A stretch of 64,000 nucleotides of DNA from Glycera tridactyla (taxonomy: Eukaryota), in assembly GCA_965644265.1 (NCBI GenBank), contig OZ286461.1:38936001-39000000 (forward strand). The letters run 5' to 3'. Numbering within the stretch: the first letter of the stretch is position 1; each line of letters starts with the position of its first letter. Of the stretch, positions 39,380 through 54,390 are shown piece by piece. The notes beneath the pieces were generated by a model. It worked only from the letters and a program-made list of their open reading frames with translations. It had not been told where the DNA came from and did no database searches. The translations under genes and the position numbers were made by a program.

Positions 39380-39650
39380 TCGTTTTCGGTAAAGAAGGAT
39401 GATCATCAGATTTGTGTTGAGTGACAGGCCAATTTTCCGACCGGCGATCGACACGGTCTTTTATCAGCAGACACGCTCACTCCTCACCCAATTACAACTG
39501 TTAGATCTCGCCGAAACGGCGCCGAAACGGCCTGTCACCCTGGACTTCAATATCACCAAGAAATGAGTATTTTTCTCATCATGCCCCAAAGTCGATATGA
39601 GTAATATGATCATCGAAGGATCATGTGGGATACGGCACGAATGCATCCAT
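39380..39650 (+). mobile_element. Decayed RTE-like LINE RT fragment
   Basis: Frameshifted QLQLL...DFNITKK remnant, resembling the segment after YADD in RTE RTs (LQ.L.....GL.I..KKT). Confidence 0.35.
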
Positions 39651-40213
39651 TCACTCTCTGTACCCTATGTGTCACCTGATCTATCTGGAAGTGTTCTTCA
39701 TCATAGCATTGCCTATGCCTGTTCAAAATATTGATTTAAGAATTCCACAGAATTCGCAATTTGGATGACTAGTCACTACTACAGATGAGCTCACGTTGGA
39801 CAGCGCCATCTAAATGGCCTTAATTTCATCACGTGTACCTATTTCCAATTCATGTCGAAGGGTATCTTCACTATCTATTCATCGAAGAAACGGGTTCTTG
39901 GTCCTCATTGTATGATGGTTAGTTATCAGCAGAGAAAACTTGAAAGATCGGTGGTCAGAGGTCAATTTAGAGTGGTTAGAGATGGAAGTGTCTCCTATGT
40001 TGGATTCGGATGTACCATCAGTACAAGCTGATGGTAGACAAGCACAGAGCTCGTGATAAATCTCACCTGTCAATCTCCCTTTCTCTGAATATTTTCAGAC
40101 ATTCGTCGTGGCGGAGAGTCGATTTCAATTACATGTAGTGTGATACCAAATATTGAGAGGTCTTTCTCATATAATTAGATTTGTGAAATAGTGCGAGGGT
40201 ATGTGCCTGATTG

Positions 40214-40704
40214 NNNNNNNNNNNNNNNNNNNNNNNNNNNNNNNNNNNNNNNNNNNNNNNNNNNNNNNNNNNNNNNNNNNNNNNNNNNNNNNNNNNNNNN
40301 NNNNNNNNNNNNNNNNNNNNNNNNNNNNNNNNNNNNNNNNNNNNNNNNNNNNNNNNNNNNNNNNNNNNNNNNNNNNNNNNNNNNNNNNNNNNNNNNNNNN
40401 NNNNNNNNNNNNNNNNNNNNNNNNNNNNNNNNNNNNNNNNNNNNNNNNNNNNNNNNNNNNNNNNNNNNNNNNNNNNNNNNNNNNNNNNNNNNNNNNNNNN
40501 NNNNNNNNNNNNNNNNNNNNNNNNNNNNNNNNNNNNNNNNNNNNNNNNNNNNNNNNNNNNNNNNNNNNNNNNNNNNNNNNNNNNNNNNNNNNNNNNNNNN
40601 NNNNNNNNNNNNNNNNNNNNNNNNNNNNNNNNNNNNNNNNNNNNNNNNNNNNNNNNNNNNNNNNNNNNNNNNNNNNNNNNNNNNNNNNNNNNNNNNNNNN
40701 NNNN
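40214..40704. other. Assembly gap (N-run)
   Basis: Run of N. Confidence 1.
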
Positions 40705-40830
40705 NCAATCTATCTGCTCGCCTATCCGTCTGTCTGTCTCTCTCTCCATCTGTCTGTCTGTCTGTCTCTCTCCATCTGTCCGTCTGGCTGTCTGTCTGTC
40801 TGTCTGTCCACCCGTCTGTCTGTCAATCCA
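40705..40830. repeat. (TCTG)n-rich simple repeat
   Basis: Imperfect tetranucleotide run adjoining the gap. Confidence 0.9.
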
Positions 40831-43800
40831 CGCATATATCGGTTGGCTTGAATGTCTACCGTTTCGTCTGCATGACGTCGCCTTGGCATAGATGAAATGA
40901 CATAGATGAAATGACATACATGTAGATGAAATAACATAGATGGATGTACGTAATATAACGCCCACTTAATTATTTGATACTATCGTTCAATCATTTGTTT
41001 CAGGTGAGTGACGAAACCCAATTTGAAGGTTTGGTTTGTCAAAGTAAGATAGAATTTGAAAATGCCTGACTCCTCTTGTTTATATGTTTACATCAAATTG
41101 AAGATGTAGCATCATGGTTGATTCAAGAATCTTGAATTTGTGCCAGCAAATTTCCTATTCCTCCACGAAGTAGATTTACGCTGTGTCTGAATATGAGTGA
41201 CTCTGGTATTATATTGCAAATACATCTGGTCGTGATCGAACATAGGACCTATCTTCACAGGAAAACCACTCTGTTGAATTCACTTATTAGTGCTATCGCC
41301 AGGGCACCCATCCTGTGTGATGGATTCCGGCCATAATCAAGAGAGTTTTACTCTCCATCCTACACATCATTCCATCCTCCATTGACGCTCAGAGGTGATT
41401 GAAATTGCTTCCAAGATAAAAGAAGCATCTTTGGAGAGTTGGTCCCGAGCCTGAGCTGGACAAAACAATCATTAGACTGGTTTAGTCAAGTATAGAGTGA
41501 CAAAGCGGTAGCAGTGTCCTGGTCGCTGTGGTCGGTCAGTAGATAACACCAAGGGGCAATGGCGCCGATTTATTTCTCAAGTTGTTCGCATTGACACTGA
41601 CAACCCTTGTAACATCGCAGTCGACCTTTTATTGATCTTCTCCTCTTAATCACCTGAATGATCGGAGTGAAGGTAGCCCAAGCCAGCTAGTGATACTACC
41701 TTTCTGTTGTAACCCAATGTACCACCCTCTACTGGAGCACAGGAATCCAGAGGACTGTACACTCCAAGGATCCATCATATATTGCATCCTATGTCAATTT
41801 AGATATCGAATAGTATGATGGCATGATTTTTTATCATGTTGATGTAAGCAAGCATTTCTAATAGGAGCGGGCTAGATGGGCCAATAGAATGTAATGGGGT
41901 GAAATACTAATCGGGATATTATGCCACGTTCCCACCGGATTTCAATTGAAAGTTGCAGCGATCTCATCAGCTCATTGGTGAGAAATATTCACTGAAGTAT
42001 GTGACAGCCAGAGTAAATCCGCCGTGATGTGAGTCCCGGCAGACTTGAGGGCAGTGAGCGTGTTGATAAGAAATACGCAGCATAAGGCACCGCATGCCAC
42101 AACCTGATTCTTCTTTTCAAGATGGTTCAGATCTAAGCTCCATAGAGTCGCACCCCAGAATAGCGTAGTCCATCTCGCCGAGATGCCATTATTTGTCAAT
42201 TCGATCCAATCCGAATTATTTCAATTCACGTTTTAATTCTGTGCTTGAGTTGTGCTTACAGTAACACAGAGGAACTCATTTTGGATAGTATCACTGCCTG
42301 ATTGCAAGATGCCACTTCCTTTGAGAATAAGAGAAATCATGCTTTTCTTCATGAATTGCTTATCTAAAACATCCGAGAGATGCAATAGATCGTATCGATT
42401 GCATCTCTTGAATTATTTCAAGTTATTTACGTATAACTTCATCTGACTTAGATCAGGTAACGATAAGTGGCTTCCATAAGACAGATAATAAAGGTTGTGA
42501 GCGTAAGGTGATGTAGGGAATTTCTGAACTGATGAGTGGATCAAACAGGTTGCAGACACTGTGTCGGGTCTCTGCACACAGAAGCAGGGTGCACGGAACA
42601 ATACATCAGCATCGCGCATGCTAGCATTGATGGTGATTGAGTGCGGAGATGCAGACTGGAATGCGGTATCACGTGATATGTTTCGGTGAGATGCGTCCTC
42701 CGACACCATTATGTACACTAACGCTGCTAATTTGAGAACGCACTTTGGCACTCTCGTTCAATTCTCATTGATGTCAGTGTCGATATATACGGCACATGCT
42801 ATTGTCCATGTTCCCATTCCCTCAATGATTTCTCAAAAGTGACAGTTGCATTCACCATGTAATGTTTGATGTTGGGATTAACTATAAAATAAATCCTATT
42901 TCAACAGATGAAGTTTTCATCCGATATTTTGGAATATCGCGATAGCTACAAATATGTAATAGTGAATCTTATACCATCACTGCCTGATTGCAATGCTACG
43001 AATCAACCCATTGCATCCTATTTTGAGACCTATCATTATGACATGGTGGCAATCAGCGCTATATGACATTGATTGTTGTGGCATGTGAGATATCTTGAAA
43101 CAAATTCTATCTTGGCATGGTCGTCATACTCATTCGTTGCACAGTTTCAGCAGTTCGAGCACTCCCATGAACGTTCCAATAATAGATTTCTTTGTGATTT
43201 ATGTATTCTGTGATGTATGTATTCTGTGATTTATGTATTCTGATGTCTCAAAACAATTCATTTCATAGGAATGATGGATTGAGTGAGCAATTTAATCCAT
43301 GAAGAGCATTCATCTATCTATCTATTGTTCTATTTATCATGTCTTTTTCTGTTCGATTTCGACGCTGATAAGTGAACTACAAAGATCATTTCACTGATGT
43401 CATTGTTCGATCCAAACGCTTTGCCAATATGAACACCACTCTGGTCTTATGATATGTCTTTGAATAGCCAAAAAGTGGGATATAATGGCTTCATCTCATA
43501 ATCAGGTAAATGTTCTGTTCTTCAGTGGGAATCGAACCGATTAAAAGAGTCTGTCGTTACATGTCCCACTAGCAGATCAAATATGAACATTCCATGCAGG
43601 CATTTGCTGACATGCCAACCATTTATAGCATGCTACCAAAGCCAATGCGCAGCAGTCTTTGTTGATGCCAACTTTTGCGACGGTTGATGCCAGGTTTCGG
43701 TTTGTGGAAAACACGCCATCTCATGGGTGTGGCTTCAGAATATCAGACCGAATCCAAAACATGGACCGAAATGGCGATCGCATGTCACTATAGACATTTA

Positions 43801-45373
43801 CAGCAATTCTGTGCGGTGCCTACTCTTAAGAATAACATTTAGTGACAATTAGTGGAAATATTGGTTCCTCTTCCTTTCAAAGATGATTGATACAATAAGT
43901 CACCCATAAATCTGATACTGATAGGCTAATTCTTTCATATGCTGGTGGATTTGTTTTTTAGGCATGTTGCGGGAATTTCATAAGTTTTGATAATAATTTC
44001 TCAAAAACTCAGACATGTGAGGTGTATGGTAGTATTATATTACACATCTACATATTTCTATGTTAGCGATGGAAACGAGAGATGGGCGTCGACGCACGTC
44101 AAGTGCCATTTTGTGCCAATACATCGAAATACACTGGTGGACATTTCTGGAACTGAAATTTGTCATCCTACACAATTCAGCTCCGGGTTGGGCTCTCATC
44201 AAATACATTTGATACGTTTAATTTTCAAGAATTTCACATGTCCACCAAACAATACTCATTTCAATGGCACAATCTTTTCAACTGTGAGTCAAATATTTCA
44301 TGTGCAAATTTGATATGCGTCCTTTCTGGTGGCTGTGTGTAGTAACTTCTTTTTCTGACTACTGCTCTGGTAGACAGATTCGACCGAACATATGGAATCC
44401 CAAGTTATCAGTACGTTGGATGTTTGCATGTAGCTGGACCAATATCCGGCGACTGCTTCATCATTACGTCATCCCTGCTACCGCTAGTCTAGAATCACGT
44501 GTTCTTGGAAATCGACTCGTCGCTTCTCGGGATGGTGAACTACAGCAGCTCTTACCTTCTCCCTGACCCATCCCACCAACTTCCATCGGACATGCATCAT
44601 ATCGCGCAGAAAATTGTACCTTTGGACGTCAAAGTAGACTAGTCCATTTTGCAGGATGGGTGTATCTTTTCACAATTTATCAAAAAGGAATGATATTGAT
44701 TTATTCGAAATGAGACAACAATGCCAGTAACTAATTCCTGGATGAACAGGAAATTTGTGCCAGGAATGATTCCCACAGTGCAGGAATTCATCGATGTGTG
44801 TTCGTCGTATATTATGAGGCTAGTAGCACTCCAAAACTATTTTGCCTGAGTTAGTCAGTCAACTGGCGATTGGTCGCAAAGTTTAGGCTGACAACGTCAT
44901 TTCTATGCCCATTAGGATTCTCGGCATTGATCAACAAGGGGAGTGCCCACTGATACTAAGCACTGTTCCATGAGACTAGTCCTTCCATAATTCAGTGTTG
45001 AATTGCAACTCCGTTCATAAATGTGAGGCTTTCTAATGCTTAGGCCATGACCTTCACCTGAAGTGGCGGTGGTCTCTAAGATAATTGCATGAACTGTATG
45101 TACATATAAAATAGAGAGCGCATGCTGTGCTGTATATAGAGATCCCATTCCCACCTCATGCATGTTAAGTTATTCATCACAGGCTGTTGCCAGTCGGGAT
45201 TAACGACTTGACTGTCCGATTATAAGCCTATCCCCTGTTATCCCATGTCCAGCTTCGCCTATTAACCCACCTAGGATGAATAGCAAGCAGAGGTAGGACG
45301 AAGACCAAGACATGAAAGATAGGAGAAGTGGAAAGACAGGCAATATTCATAGAATGAAAACAGGAAGTCGCCA

Positions 45374-45685
45374 CAGAGGGAAAACGCTATAAACATGACT
45401 GGGAAATGGTGAAAATAATTTCTCAAGTATCGTTCGACAAGATTAATTGGAAACAGAAATATGAACCACATAGATGCTGTATACTCGAGTAGCCTATGAT
45501 GCTGTATACTTGAGTAGACTATGATCATCAGAGGGAAAACGCTATAAACATGACTGGGAAATGGTGAAAATAATTTCTCAAGTATCGTTCGACAAGATTA
45601 ATTGGAAACAGAAATATGAACCACATAGATGCTGTATACTCGAGTAGCCTATGATGCTGTATACCTGAGTAGACTATGATCATCA
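45374..45685 (+). repeat. 155-bp tandem duplication with an internal 25-bp dimer
   Basis: CAGAGGGAAAACGCTATAAAC... starts at 45374 and 45529, near-identical. Each copy ends with 2x ATGCTGTATACYYGAGTAGMCTATG. Confidence 0.95.
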
Positions 45686-46799
45686 ATTGTGATGAAGAAG
45701 AAATGCGATAGAAATGTACGTTTCGAATCGAACCTGTACATTTCGTGTATGAATACATATTATGATGGATACAAGTAGATTGATAGAATAGAATAGAATA
45801 GAATAGTATGTATAATTTGGAATCAATTAGGGCAATAGTCATTGTACTCAGGTCGTTGATTACGGATTTTCCAATGATCGAAAATCAGGCTAGATGTAAA
45901 TATGTGTAAAGAGTTATGTCTGAGCTGTGAGGTACCTTCGCCAGACAACCTTTCTGGTTCCCTGCCACCTTGTGTCCAGGGCTTGTGATAGTGATGCCTG
46001 CAGGTCACAAAGCACCCGGTCAATTGGTTGGTTGGTTGTTTCACGACCCGTGAGCACTACCTATACCATATATTGAGACTCCGTTTTTTCATCGTTTATT
46101 CTACCGGTCATTATCCCATGCAAAAGCACCCTCATACTCTGGTATCCATCATCGGGAATGGGCACTTATGATTTCATTTCCTTGATGTGTTCATGGAATC
46201 GACCCACGCATGAAAAGGCTTCTGTTGGTCATAAAAACGGGTAACAACGACAGAGGTGTGAGACAGCTAGTCTGTATGAAGTGAACTTATATTCACACCG
46301 GTTGACAGAAGACATGGCAGATCTCCGCCCCCAGAAACCACAAAGTTGGAAGTGAGTGCCTTTCTGGGATCTGAAAACAATGGTCCTAATTTAGCGGGAA
46401 CTTTATAACATGTGACCTCGGAGGAACACCATGAATGGCACAACACAATACACACAACTCACAACATACATAGGCATGCAACCGCAAAAGGAAGGGAGGG
46501 AGGGGGGGGGGGGCAATATTCAATCACAGTAGAGGGAAGCGCCCTAGTAGGCCTCTCACTAAAATTAAGCTGATAGCCGTTTTGGGAAGAACTGGACCTT
46601 TTAGGCTCTGGAAGTGCTACTCTGCTGAAATGGAATGTATTGGTCAGAAGTCAAACGATCAAAGATCGCGCACCTCGAACATGACTAACACACGTACAAG
46701 CACGAGTGTGTCACCCACATGTGACTCGGAAACTCGGGAATGACATGAATGATATGAATTGGCAAAGAGAAATAATAAAATCTTTTGACATCTATACAA

Positions 46800-47170
46800 T
46801 CTTTCAGAGTACATAGTGGAACAGGAATGTGCAGCTTATGATCCACCATGACAGAAGACTGGGAATTATCTCGCGAAAACATATGTATACTCCAAATCAT
46901 TCTTGGTTTCTTAGATTCTCTAGATTCTCCTTCGCAATAGAAGAGGATAGAGACGGGGAATACTGCCACCTTGTTTGAGTGGAATTGGCCCCAAATGTAT
47001 GTCAGTACTGGTCTCTCAAACGGCATTCTAACGTCGACAGGTAATGCTCGCACACCAGATGAGCTCCGGCATAATGATGAACGGCTTCACAATGGGAAGC
47101 TTCGGAAATCCAATTTAAAATCATGCTACTTTTTGCATTCGCAACCTGAGCCAAAACAGCCAGCCCTCTT
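46800..47170 (+). mobile_element. Decayed CR1-type LINE C-terminal fragment
   Basis: Frameshifted remnants resembling EYA..WDP (~46820) and L..RR (~46925). Confidence 0.3.
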
Positions 47171-47689
47171 TGTTGCTGGCTGGTCGTTGTACAGAGATGC
47201 AGTTGAGAGTAAATCGGCCTACATCGACTTTCGCGGACACAACACAGATTTTGATCCGTATTAATGATCAGAATTGACTTCAGGGGCTTGGACATCTATG
47301 CTTTGGCAGATCATACATTTTGCATATGACTGATCTCACGTGGTCATACGGATCTCAGTATTCACACTTTTGATCACATTGACCGCCTCTGGAGATACGG
47401 TGATGGTACATTGATCTCGCCACCCCTCCCATCTAACGGGAAGATGGTGATGATGGTGATTCAGTGAAGATCTGTGTATGGGTATAGGTAGCCACCGTAT
47501 ATTCATCCAGGTGTCTGGCCGAGAAAAAAAACGGTTGGTCGTTTCATGCTGATCTTGAGTAAGCTAGCAAAGGCGGAGTGTGATTATCGACGGATCAACG
47601 ACCTCAGGCTACGTCTAGATCTGATACGCAGCAGTAATCCATTGGTCAGTCTTTTCCTAGTGGTACACTTCTGAAAGTGGATGAGAGCA

Positions 47690-47938
47690 CATGGGAAAGG
47701 GACAGTCAAAGAGGCAGGCAGACAGACAGGCAGACATAAATGCAAGAAGAGAGGAAGAGAAAGAGGGACACACGCGAAGAGAAATAATAAGAGAAAGGAT
47801 GAGAACAAAATGCAGGGACAGTGACAGTGACAGAGAGAGGGAGATGGGGAGGAGGGAGGAGATGGGAGTGAGAGACAGACAGACAAACAGACAAACAAAT
47901 AGACAGACATATAGGCAGGCAGGCAAACAGACACACAT

Positions 47939-48009
<71 letters not shown>

Positions 48010-48385
48010 TAGACAGACACACAGACACACATTAACAAACAAAAACACAGTCACACGACACACACACTTACAGATACAGAGGTGGATAGATGAATAGATA
48101 GATGGGTATGGAGATANNNNNNNNNNNNNNNNNNNNNNNNNNNNNNNNNNNNNNNNNNNNNNNNNNNNNNNNNNNNNNNNNNNNNNNNNNNNNNNNNNNN
48201 NNNNNNNNNNNNNNNNNNNNNNNNNNNNNNNNNNNNNNNNNNNNNNNNNNNNNNNNNNNNNNNNNACAAATGAATGGACAGACAGACAGACAGACAGACA
48301 GATGGATGGAGGGGTGGGCAGACAGACAGACAGATGGGCAGTCAGACAGAGATACAGACATACATATCTACAGACAGACAGATTG
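47690..48385. repeat. Compound (GACA)n/(CA)n/(GATG)n simple repeats spanning an N-gap (48117-48265)
   Basis: Seen directly. Confidence 0.92.
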
Positions 48386-48919
48386 ATGAAGCAGGATAGA
48401 TCAGCATGCTGACATCGATACACATGACTCAATTTCTTCACCCCGAGACGAGTAGCACGCCATCCATGCATTCATCTCAGTGAAAAGACAGACACAGACT
48501 CTAAACATCAGACAGACAATAGGCGAATCTTCAAAAAGCTAAACTCGATCATCAGTGTCTGCATTTATTCACTCAACAACTCACCTTTTCACTCAATCAC
48601 TAACCCACCAACTCACTCAATAATACACACAATCACTCACCCACTCACCCAGTTACATCACCTTGTGAAGATTGACCAATACATTTCACCAACCAACAGC
48701 TACGAACTTGAATGGTGAATGGCCATATTCAGTTGATTTCATATGAATGATACAATTATTCCAGAATGTCTGCTTCCGTAAAATCGTGATTGTCACTGAT
48801 CAAGGCCATTATACTCTGGTTGTCTTCAAAGGCAGGAGATTGGATTCGGTGGCAGCGAAATCATCTAATATGATTCGGTCGATGACGATCCTCAAACCTC
48901 GAGACCTTCGAGAAATGAA

Positions 48920-49169
48920 TTGATGGATGGATGGATGGGTGGATAGAAGGAAGGAAGGAAGGAAGGATAGATGGATGGATAGATGGATGGATGGACAGAC
49001 TGANNNNNNNNNNNNNNNNNNNNNNNNNNNNNNNNNNNNNNNNNNNNNNNNNNNNNNNNNNNNNNNNNNNNNNNNNNNNNNNNNNNNNNNNNNNNNNNNN
49101 NNNNNNNNNNNNNNNNNNNNNNNNNNNNNNNNNNNNNNNNNNNNNNNNNNNNNNNNNNNNNNNNNNNNN
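48920..49169. repeat. (TGGA)n/(GGAA)n simple repeat followed by an N-gap (49004-49169)
   Basis: Seen directly. Confidence 0.92.
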
Positions 49170-49699
49170 ATATGAAACCATGAACACATGGACAGTCAGT
49201 AGAATGAATCATCTTCCACTTGGCGATCCTATCTTTGGATCTCAAAAGTCCCTTATCGTCCAAATATGACGGGAACTGTTTGTATGTACAATGCCACTAT
49301 CTGAAAAAGCTGCATCGCTTGGTTTTCAGCACAATAACGAAGTGATCAATGGATAGAAATTCCAATTGTCCATTTGCTCAATTTCGACGATGGATAGAGC
49401 TGATTTGACATTTCAGACTAGCTACAGGTAACATGAAGTTCATTCTAGATTGATGAAATGCTCATGACATGATAATTAGTCATTGGGAGCATCTTGAAGA
49501 GATCATGCATACAACTGTTCCAAGATTCAATCAAAATATTAGCTTCCGTTGCTTATCTAAGATGATATGACAAAGCCGACGGTAAAAATATTCAGAATCA
49601 TCGAAGAAAAGACATCGGTTTGATCATGATTAGTGAACCAAAAAAACTGTGGTAGTGGCATGCTTGTGTTTGCCTACCTCAGCGTCAATCCAATTAATT

Positions 49700-51950
49700 T
49701 TAATAGTTTTTCATGTGCAGAACGATAGAATTGTGGAGAGTTAGATAAATTGCACCATGGATAAAGTATATCCAACCAAACTACAAATACTGATATATAA
49801 TTGCCGGTATGACTCCATGCTTTTCATGAATGTCAATAAGCATCGTGTGTATGATAACAATTTCGTATGTTGCTGATGTATTCACTACTGTATTGCCATT
49901 GCGTATCTTTGAGAGCTTCTTCAACTGGTTTGGATCGCATGTAATTTATTATTCATGTATTCTCGAGGTTAATAGACACTTTCAGGATACGAACTCATGT
50001 CCCAACATGTTGGAATACTTCAACGGTAAAATTGCCTGCTGGGTGGATTCCCACGAGGTGGAGAGCAAGATTCTGGTGAGGCATAAAAGTAAGATAACTT
50101 TGTGCTTAGCCACAAAGATAATGGCATAGACTTGGAAGTGCAGGATAGGTTGATTCACTGGGACCGCTTTGATCCCCCGGACGACCACTCGTGGAGACCT
50201 AAGATCAGTAAATCTTTCCGTCATATGAAGCTTGAACTCTCACTCAGAATGTGAAGTTATGAAGAATCCACACTTAGTGGAGACCAGATGAGTCTGATGG
50301 ACAGTTTCCGAGATTCCCAGATACGGATTCAGGGAAAATCACCTATTGGTATTTATGTGACGCTCGCCTCATGGCCTATTTCACTGAAGTGATTGTGTAG
50401 TCGGAATAGACACAGTTGCTCAAAATTTGTTAATGTTGGCAACTGAAAGTAATGGTATGTCATGGGTATCTTTCAATCTCCATACACATGAAAGACCCGA
50501 GTGGACCTTCACCAATACCGTACTCGATCTTGTTTGCTGTCTCACCGAATTCGATAACAAACACAAGCACTTACTTTCAACGAAAGTAAGAATATAGCTT
50601 CCGGTATCTGGGATGTCCCGAAAAGGCATCTTTGATGACGTCATTCTCAAATATCTGGATGATTTTCCCGGTCTCGATACATTGTCAAAGCAGTTAGTAC
50701 TCCACTCTGATGTCAGTGACTCCAGCATGGCATCGGTGCTATGCATTGCTATATCAATTTTTTTTACAAATTGTGGCCAACAACCAAAGGCTGCTGGACC
50801 GCACTTGGTTACCAGACAGGGTCAGGTCATGGAGGCTGTCATGTTGGATTCAACCTACCTCAAGAAAATGTTGTGAAAATGATGACATAGTCACCACTAA
50901 GGTACATCACATTATCCAACATCGACTGACAGCCCTGACTGTGACAAAACAGCATTAGCCAACATTCTTCCATGTTTTGAGCTATATCCAGCATGTGTCT
51001 GATATAGTAAAGAGTTGAATTGGCAGATGTTTGGAGGCAAGCAAAGTGGTCAGTGATCATATTTCATGAAATATACATGGAAAGACCTTCTCCAGAGGTT
51101 CTGGTTGAGTGGCTGCTCAAAAAAGGTGATGAAATTGACAAGTTGTGTGTCAATTTCAAAGCAGGAGAGTACCTCGAGTTGAAGGTTAGAAAATCAACAA
51201 GATTGGCATCGATTTCAAGGCAGGGGGCTGCTTCAAATTAGAGGCAAGTAAATCGACAAGACTTGTGTCAATTTCAAAGTGGTGCATTTGCTACTGCTCA
51301 GCATTCCCAACCAACCAACCAACCCGCTTCTCACCGGGCCCATCATCTTGGTCATTTCAACATGGGAAGTGTCTGATGGATTCTCCCAAAATAGTTTATA
51401 TGCCAAAGATGGTTTAGGATCACCATATCCAGCTTAGTCATTCCTGATTTACTCTGTGGGCATGGGTATAGACACAATTCTTCCTGCAGCTTGGAATCAA
51501 TGACACCTCCCCATGCGGAAATGGTATGGTGCCTTCGCAGCTCCACGAGCCCCTTGTGCACTCTGTCATCCAGCACTTGCAAGTTGGAGAATCAAAGCAC
51601 TGCTGGAATTGCATTAAATGACGCAATTACACAAATCCCTTTCATTTTTCAGCCGGCACTCCAAGATGGAATATGATCCAATCGATATCGGACAGAAAGC
51701 TGCCTGGATGAGAATTGAAATAGGGGGATTATCCCATATACAAACGTCTCTGTGATGTCCCCATGCTCCTTCAAAATACTGGTATTCATACCGCATGGAG
51801 TATTGTGTGTTTGGCTGTTTGCAGAGGTGTTCTGCAGAGAGAATCCATGAGTGATGTCTCGGTGTCTTGATTTGCCCAGATATTGAAGCGAGTTGTTGGT
51901 GTGAAGAAAACTGAAGATTACTTTTGAATAATGGGTATGTAATCACAGTG
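49700..51950 (-). mobile_element. Decayed, 5'-truncated I/Nimb-clade LINE with RNase H region
   Basis: Minus-strand remnants in the expected order: EGAWGHHRD (cf. WGAD), QVLDDRVHKGL (cf. LDPVHHQGLR), VIFPESVS (cf. IFSDSLS), a degenerate WVP.H.GI.GN region, and NNKLHAIQ (cf. NKLH.IK). Many stops and frameshifts. Confidence 0.55.
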
Positions 51951-54390
51951 AAATTGGTTTGACTGGAAAATGTTCATCATGCTCCAGCCAGGAAGGTCCG
52001 GGGACTATATTTTCCATTCAACAGCGAATATCCCAACAGAATATATACGAGGTGCAACAACATAAGGGTAGAGTAACATTTATCCCGCACAATACTATCA
52101 CAATACAACAGAAGGTGATAACTAAAGCAGTGTTAGAGTTGTATAGGTATGTACTCATAATGAAGATATATACTCGAACAGGGAGATTGACTTATTGACG
52201 TGTATGAGATGTCGTACATGACACGTGCCTTTCGTCTTCCTTCAGGAGATATATGTGTATGCAGGTGCAATGCAGAACGGAATCGGAGCCTTCATAGTTC
52301 TATTCCAAATTGCTTATCCGATACCACGTCTCTCTTCCTGACACGTAAGGACCACCTTTTCTACAATACAATACGGTACAATACAATACGGTAAACTTTA
52401 TTCACTCCCGTAGGCAAATTATTTGCAATGTGAATTCAGCCGAGATGGCTTTATCCAGTGCGTATGAGGAAAACGAAAAAAAAACCACAATCAACAAAGA
52501 ACACATATACACAATCATTTACAACAATCATTATAATCCGCTATTTGAAAATCATTTCACACACACGTTCATCACCCAAATAATAAACAGCCATTCACAT
52601 CCATACTCCTTCATATCCTAAGGAGATGAACATGAGTCACACATTCTTGGACATTCCTACACCACCACAAGCATATATTCAGGTTTATTATCATGCTCCG
52701 GGTAGGTACTGATATCTAAAGTTTATGATATCAGATGGTGGATGTAATCAGACATACGGGCACTAGTGTACGCGCTGTAGCCTCCGGATTGTACTATCAA
52801 TAATGGATGGATTCTGTGTGCTGCAGAGATTTGCATATAAGTGTAGCAGTATGGTGTAAAGATCGCTGATTAGTATATTCTAGTTATCCCGGGGTTAGGA
52901 AGCATGGAGGCATTATTCAATCTTTTCCAGTGCAACATTTCACAGATGCAGACTAATTTAATCATATATAGTAGCTATATGACATGAATATTCGAAATTT
53001 TGAAAATTAACATTTCCCCATTAAAGTCAGATCAGAGTTGTGGATTTGGTTGTTCATGAATAGTAAATGGCAATGGCTGATATTATCATATTTTTTGTAC
53101 CTTCAGTTTGTATCCTTATGTCAGGCCTGGAAAATCTTTTATTCTGGATGACGACTGACTATGCTCTGTTCACCTGACTCAGTTAAATCAGCTCATTTGG
53201 GTGAAGATAACACTGTCGGCCTTCTTCGATATTGTGATTACAATTAGCAAGGTATACTGCCGATCTTCAGATGAATGTCACTGATCGACGGTTGACCTGC
53301 CCCATAAATATTTATTGGCTATTAGTAGTGCGGGTTTGTGTACGGGGACCGGGTAGGCGTGGCAACAAATCGAGTCATCCCTGGTCCTTCGCTGCGGGCT
53401 ATATTCTTATATACAATCCCATTCTCTATTATCGCCCAAGGGGTGGCTTACTCCATAATAACTTCAGGATATCCCAACTGCCTCGCATTGTCAGACGGCG
53501 GTGGTGCTATGCCTATAATTTTGGCATCATCATTGCCCTCACAATGAAGAGGCACCCCAAGGAATTCCTCTTCTTGCTATCCACTTTTCCTCTTCATCAC
53601 CCATCTTGCTAGATATTGAATTTATTCACCATAATCTACTTCAACACGTGTGAGTGGGCCGCAGTCGACCTGTGCTCATATTAGTCTACGCTCATGCAAA
53701 ACGATGTGATGTCATTCAACTTTTCATCACGCACAAGCCTTGGTCAGAGGTACAGGGACATCAAGTGACGGTGCAGAGTCTGTACAACTTGCCTGTGATA
53801 CTATGGAAGTCCGATGGTGACGCATATGTAGCAAAAGGTGTAGTATTGGTGTTATGATCCACGAAGTGAGAACTTATTTCTCACACAGTGACATCAAAAT
53901 TGTACAGAATGTCGTAGCAACAGAAACAGGAATATTCAGAGCCTTAGTGGCATTTAGTTGACGCAGGGTTGGATTTGTATGTCAATACACGATGGGTAGA
54001 AACATGATCATTTGGGCACATTTGGATAGTCATTTGAGTTTACCTTCACCACATAACAATATGGCCGAATAATATGGCCCTGACTGTGACAAAACAACAT
54101 AAGCTTGCAGTTGAATTCCACCACACTTCATAGTAACTCCAGTCACAGCCCTAGTAACCCAGAACTGGTGTGCCTGGTACCCGTGTTTTGTCTTATGGCA
54201 ATATCTGTTCTAGGCAAACTGCAATCACCTACACCACCGACCATTTCACTGAGCCAATGCATATGCAAATAGAATGGGCATATATACAAGCAAAGTACGT
54301 ATCAGCGTTTTCACATGAAAATACGTGCAATGTTGACGATCACATTCTTCGATGATGTATGTTACATGGATGGAGGCGCTACTTGGGGCC

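Noticed and set aside
39508-39531. Tandem GCCGAAACGGC hairpins
   Set aside because: A small local duplication inside a decayed RT remnant.
40129-40965. Long ORFs spanning N-runs (also at 24457-24963, 47584-49269, 61530-61715)
   Set aside because: Artefacts of gaps and simple repeats.
53280-53620. Coding-like minus-strand frame (GNDDAKIIGIAPPP...)
   Set aside because: Interrupted by stops, no recognisable family, and no splice context.
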